A DNA stretch of 63,657 nt, filler included, from Reclinomonas americana ATCC 50394 (taxonomy: Eukaryota): NCBI GenBank assembly GCA_048213135.1. It is 5 parts of 4 records of this genome, joined end to end, with 100 filler letters (N's around TTAATTAATTAA, not from the genome) between each part and the next. Parts side by side here need not be neighbours in the genome. Positions count along the whole stretch, not along the records: positions 57,545 to 62,351 come from PS015066.1; positions 62,452 to 63,657 come from PS015072.1; 3 more parts are not named here. One strand, 5' to 3'. A model generated the notes under the pieces. It saw only the letters and a program-made list of their open reading frames with translations, had not been told where the DNA came from and made no database searches. This document shows, in pieces, positions 58,695-63,657 of this stretch; position 1 is the stretch's first letter, and every line of letters starts with the position of its first letter. Position numbers and translations under genes: made by a program.

Positions 58695-61106
58695 CAGTGA
58701 AGACGATGCGGAGCTGTCTGTGACGCTGAGCAACGCGCCACTTGCGGCCAGTGACAAGGCCGCCAATGCGCTTCCGCAGTGGAGTGATGAGGAGTCGCAG
58801 CAGCAGGAGAGCGACGAGCAGGAGCAAGAGTGGATGGAGGAGCAAGATGAGGGCGAGGAGGAGGAGGAAGAAGAGGAGGACGAGGACAGTGGCGAGTTGA
58901 ATGAGTTGTTGGTGGGTTGTTGGTGGAGGGCGGAGGCAGGGGAAGGAGAGGGGGAGATAGGGGAGGATCGACAACGTGTTTGCAAGGTGGACAGGGCAAC
59001 CCTCTTCTCTCTCTCTCTGTCGCACCGCACTGGGCTGTGGTCACAGAAAGGCACGGTGGACATTGCAGTGTTCACATCACGTGCTGTTGTCAAGAGGGAG
59101 GTTGACGATGTGTTTGCAAGTGGGACAAGTCAATTCTCTCCTCTCGCACTGCAGCGAGCCGTAGTCTCAGAGGCAGAGAGGGTGGAGAAGACAGTTGTGG
59201 AGAGGGTTGACGAAGTTCTTTGCTCGTGGACAAGTCACCTACGAGTCTCTCTCGCCCTGCTGCAAGCTGTAGTCACGCAGGAAGAGAGGGTGGAAAAGAT
59301 AGTTGTGGAGAGCTGACGAAGTGTTTGCTTCTTCTCTCGCACTGCTGTGAGTTGTCGTTTCAGAGGAGGGAGAGAGCAGGTTGTGGACAGGGAGGGTGGG
59401 AGGATGTCTCTGTGTATTGCGAGTCAACCCTGCGTGACTACAGTTCGCTGCAGTCAGTGAGAGAGCGAATACAGAGTGCAACTTGTCCATCTTCCACCTC
59501 TCTCTTGACAACTCATAATAGGTGTCGTGAACACCGCCTTGCGTAACCTCCCTTCTCGTGAGACTGCGGCAGTGCGAGAGAGAAGAGGAAGAGCGTGGGC
59601 AGGGCAGTGCTCACGACATGTGCTGTTAGTTGTCAAGAGGGAGGCTGACGATGTGTCTTGCGACAAGTCAACCCGCTCCTCTCGCACTGCTGTGAGTTGT
59701 GGTCTCAGTGGAAGAAAGGGTATGCACGACTGTGAGTTGTGCAGAGTGCGGGCTTACTCGCTCCACTCTTGATCGAGTTGAGGTCTGCAGCGAGTTGTAG
59801 TCGCACAGGAAGAGAGTGTGGACGGTGCGGTGTTGGCGAAACGTGCGAGATGGACTGCAGAATGCTTCCGACTTGATATTGAGGTGTTTAGCGAGGTGGA
59901 CATGTCATCTCGCACTGCAGCGAGCTGTTGGCTGGGGTTATTAGAGGGTGGACAAGGCAGTGCTCACAACCCGTGCCTTGAGTTGAAGACTTTTGGATGA
60001 CACATGGACGAGAGTCACACGCCCTTCCTGGCGTGGATGAGTTCTGCAGCAAGTTTAGAGGGAGAAACGAAAGTGGGAAGGACTGTGTGAGCGTAACAGA
60101 AACGGTAATACCCGTGTTGCGTGAGATTCCTTCCTGTCCTTCTCTTCTCTGTTCTCGTCTCTGCGTTTCTCTCTTCGCAATGATTGTCAGTGCTGTCTCT
60201 TCTCTTCTCGTGTTCTCTTCGCCACTCTTCTCGCCGCTCCGTTTCTCTCCTCGCTGCATTCGTCGGCGTTGCATCTCAATTTCTCGTTTTTCTGTTTGCC
60301 TCTCCTCACTCCCAACTTCCAGGTTCTCTCCCTGCCTGACTTCAGCGTTGCCTCTCGCCTCTCTCCTCACTCTCCGTTTTACTCTTGCAATTCCTCTCAT
60401 CTCTTTTCTGTTTGCAATCCTTCTCCCTCAGTCTCTTCCGTCCTTCTAGCACGCCATCACTCAGTACTCCGTTTGCCCGTCAGCCACCTTCTTTTTCTCA
60501 CACACGAACCTTCCCTCTCTCTCCCTTCCCCCTCCCTTCCCCCCACCCCAGCTCCAGCTCGACGAACTGGAAAGCTCCCTCGACGACGACATGGACGACC
60601 AGCAGGACGAAGAGGAGGAGGAGGCCTCCGCCGAGGCCGAGTCCACCAACATCAAGCGCCTCACCCCGCGCACCTTCCGCCCCACCGTCGTCAACAACAA
60701 CAAGCTGGTGCTGGTCCTGTTCTACATGCCGAGTTACGGCGTCGTCGTCGTTGCTGCCCCTGCTGCAGTGACGTGAGCTCACCCCCGTGTCGCGCACACA
60801 CACAGCCTGCCCGCACTGCCAGAACTTCATGCCCACCTACAACCGCCTCGGCCGCATGCTTAGCGAGATGGACGGCGTGGTGCTCACCAAGGCATGTCGA
60901 TGACGTGCATCTGTTTTTCATTGTTGCGTGCCCACTCACGATCGAAACAGATGGACATTTCGCAGTACGAACCCCCAGTGGACGGCGTCGACTCGGTGCC
61001 GACACTCGTGGCCTTCCCGCCCAGTGACAAGTCGCGCGCGGTGGAATACCAAGGCGACCGCACTCTGGCCGACTTGCGTCAGTTTATCGCGCAACACAAG
61101 GAGTGA
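58209..61106 (+). CDS. Secreted PDI-like single thioredoxin-domain protein with acidic N-terminal region
   Basis: Signal peptide, poly-E/D tract, IKRLTPRTF..LVLVLFYMPTCPHCQNFMPTY..VVLTKMD..VDSVPTLVAF..EYQGDRTLADLRQFI. Confidence 0.88.
58960..60000. repeat. Degenerate satellite (direct and inverted copies) in a 1.6-kb intron
   Basis: CTCTCGCACTGC..GAG(T/C)TGT..AGAGAGGGTGGA and GTTGTCAAGAGGGAGG.TGACGATGTGT recur. Confidence 0.7.
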
Positions 61107-61249
61107 GAGAGACCATGGTTCAAAAGAAAAGCCGCTCCCTAAGAGAAAGAGAGCGAGTTGTTGTGTAAACAGGCTAAAACATGGGGGAAAAAAGGCAGGG
61201 ACCAAGTCGTTTTCATTCTCGTTAAACCTACGCAGCCGAGTGGGGGTTT

Positions 61250-61927
61250 TTAGCTGGGCAGCTGTAGCCAGTACTGCCGATTTTGCATCAGCTGCGCCAT
61301 CCACGGTTCCAGAGCCGGTGACAAGCTGACGAGGGCCTCGAACAGCGGTGTGGCCATGTGGTCGATGAAGCCGAGCTGGCTGGCGCGGCGGCCGACCTGC
61401 GGGGGGAAGGAGAGGTCAAAAGGGGAAGGGATTCTTGTGCGAAGCTCCTCTTCCCTTTCTACTGCTGACTCTGGCAGCGTCTCCTCTTCTTGCCGCATCG
61501 ATTCTACATGAGTGCATTGATCTGTAGTAGCAGCTACTTCGTGCGCACAGCGTCTATAATTGTTGCTTTGAGCAGACTCTCGGGAGCAAGACCCAGCCTC
61601 TTCTCTCTCTCTCTCACACACACACCGCTTGTCCGTCCGTCTGCATGCGTGACTGCGTCTAACTCTCTCTCTTTCTCCTTCTCTGTCTGCTGCGCACTCG
61701 GACAGTCTCCTCCTTTTCTTGTCGTATCGCTTCTCTGTCTTCACTGCCACAGGCAGTCCTCTTCTTGCCGCATCGATTCTACTGAAGTGTATCGATCTGC
61801 AGCATTTGCTGTTCTTGTGATGCACTCGGCGTGTGGCGTGCAGACTCTCGAGAGCAAGACGCGGCTTATTCTCTCATTCTCTCTCTGCCTGTCTTTGCGG
61901 CTGTGTGTCTACATGCGTAATTGTCTG

Positions 61928-61968
<41 letters not shown>

Positions 61969-62336
61969 ATTTTCCCTCCTCCCCTCCTTCCCTTTTTAAC
62001 CACGCAACTGTCTGATGTCTGTCGAGCATCTGCGGCACGGTCATCCCGAGCTGCCGCTGCATGTCTCCCTCATTCCAAAACTCCTCCTCCACGCGGTGCG
62101 ACCACTCCAGGTGCAAGTGGAGTGGCTTGGTCGGGTGCGAAATGTCGGCGCCCTTTAGCAACAGCTTGAGGGCCAGCATGCGACTCCGATCGGTCGACAG
62201 CATCTCCGTGAGGGCGGTCTTGCCGCGCTGCTGCAGCTCGGTGACCTCGGAGCGCAGCTCCTCGACCAGCTCGCGGTGGTGCGCCATGTCGGTGGCCAGC
62301 ACGAGATCGAGAATGGTTTTGCGGAAGCGCTTCCAT
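61250..62336 (-). CDS. Class I cyclic-nucleotide phosphodiesterase, 3' exons
   Basis: LVLATDMAHH, LLKGADISHPTK..W..RVEEEFWNEGD, MLDR..SQLGFIDH..PLF..NRQYW. Confidence 0.95.
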
Positions 62337-62395
62337 CTGCGAGGAGGGGGCNNNNNNNNNNNNNNNNNNNNNNNNNNNNNNNNNNNNNNNNNNNN

Positions 62396-62407
62396 TTAAT
62401 TAATTAA
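62396..62407. other. Artificial scaffold linker TTAATTAATTAA
   Basis: Same 12-mer within Ns. Confidence 0.97.
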
Positions 62408-62451
62408 NNNNNNNNNNNNNNNNNNNNNNNNNNNNNNNNNNNNNNNNNNNN

Positions 62452-62582
<131 letters not shown>

Positions 62583-62657
62583 AGAGAGAAAATGTGTGTG
62601 TGCTCTCGCATTCCCATTGGTCACGGTTCACTCACCGTATGCCCGCGTGCATCGCAG

Positions 62658-63308
62658 TGAACAATGCACCGACGGCCATCACGTTCAGCCCAGCGGCGTA
62701 CGCGCCACCCACGGCGATTGGCGCGGCGGCGGTCACGTTGGCAACCACCGATCCGAACGCGAACCAGACCAGTTTCACATACGCGATCACCGGCGGCGCG
62801 AATGCGAGCAGCTTTTCCGTCTCCGGCAGCCAGTTGACATGGACGGTGGCCGACAGCATCCAGCAGTCATTTGTAGTGACCGTGAGCACCACCGACAATG
62901 GAGTTCCGGCAATGGCTTTCTCTCAGACACTGACGATTCCCGCTGGTCAGTGTTGCTTGCCTCGCTTCAAATCCTCGGTTGCAAGCTTACCCATTGTTGT
63001 CACAGTGGCGGTGACATCCACCTCGACGACCTCGATCAGTGCCGCAGCGGCTCAGGTGGTGACACTTACCGGAACCAACATGGTGAACAACTCTGGCGAC
63101 TCATCGGCGTTCGTGCTTGCCACGCCGCGCTGTTGGGCCGGCAACCCGCCGACCAGTGTCGCCAGCACCAGCATCACCAGCTCGTTCACGAATGCCACGC
63201 AGATTGTGATCACCATCAACGCGGCTGGTGCGAGTTCGGGGACGTATGAGCTGTGCACGCGGTGGAGCAACTCGAAAAAGTATGTGGCTGTTCGCTTGAT
63301 GGCCATTG
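62658..63308 (+). CDS. Internal exons of an extracellular protein: cadherin-like domain plus IPT/Ig-like domain
   Basis: NNAPTAITF..TLATTDPN..FTYAITGG..FSVSG..VTVSTTDNGVP; probable in-frame intron 62946-63005; then VTS....S......VTLTGTN. Confidence 0.7.
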
Positions 63309-63657
63309 GTGAGTGATGGGAGGAAAAGGGGGATGAGAAGGGAGAGAGGGGGATGCTGAGGGAGAAACGGGATGTAGACACTTAAGGGGGGAACGAAATG
63401 GGAGCGACAGGAAGGGAGAACGACTGTGACGTGCAGTGGGAGAGAAGGATGCGCATGGCATGAATAGAGAGGCAGTGACAAGGAGGGAGAGAAGCAGTAG
63501 CGCGAAGTGGGAGCGAGAGAGGAACGGAGAGAGTCTGCGACTTGGTGGGAAAGGTGAATGGACTGTGATATGAAAAATAGAGAGAACGAAGGGAATGAGA
63601 GGGAGAGAGAGACAGTGACACTGTGGAGAGTCCAGTCATGCTGGGAGACGGCGGCAC

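Overview
Draft assembly of an intron-rich, microsatellite-rich eukaryotic microbe, probably a flagellated protist; the lineage cannot be assigned from this window. The window is five unlinked scaffolds joined by N-TTAATTAATTAA-N linkers (1-24375, 24476-37739, 37840-57444, 57545-62351, 62452-63657). Gene models were reconstructed by hand-splicing. Scaffold 1: myotubularin, a giant GGA/FxxN-repeat (Pmp-like) multi-TM surface protein, and an STPG/ODF3-repeat coiled-coil protein. Scaffold 2: four near-identical hypervariable WD40 genes or remnants around a Crinkler-type ATPase plus PD-(D/E)xK nuclease gene with a mitochondrial-type presequence. Scaffold 3: a Rho-like pseudo-GTPase with a CaaL end, a multi-TM protein, a multi-PH protein, a Kelch/SAM-like protein, a GMC oxidoreductase and a cytochrome b5 end. 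Scaffolds 4-5: a PDI-like thioredoxin, a cyclic-nucleotide PDE end and a cadherin-like exon. The most notable signal is about 20 introns, many fixed by protein homology, that use an atypical register-shifted 5' splice site GTTGCG (or GTTACG, GTTTCG, GTTGTG), in every case I found after an exon not ending in G.
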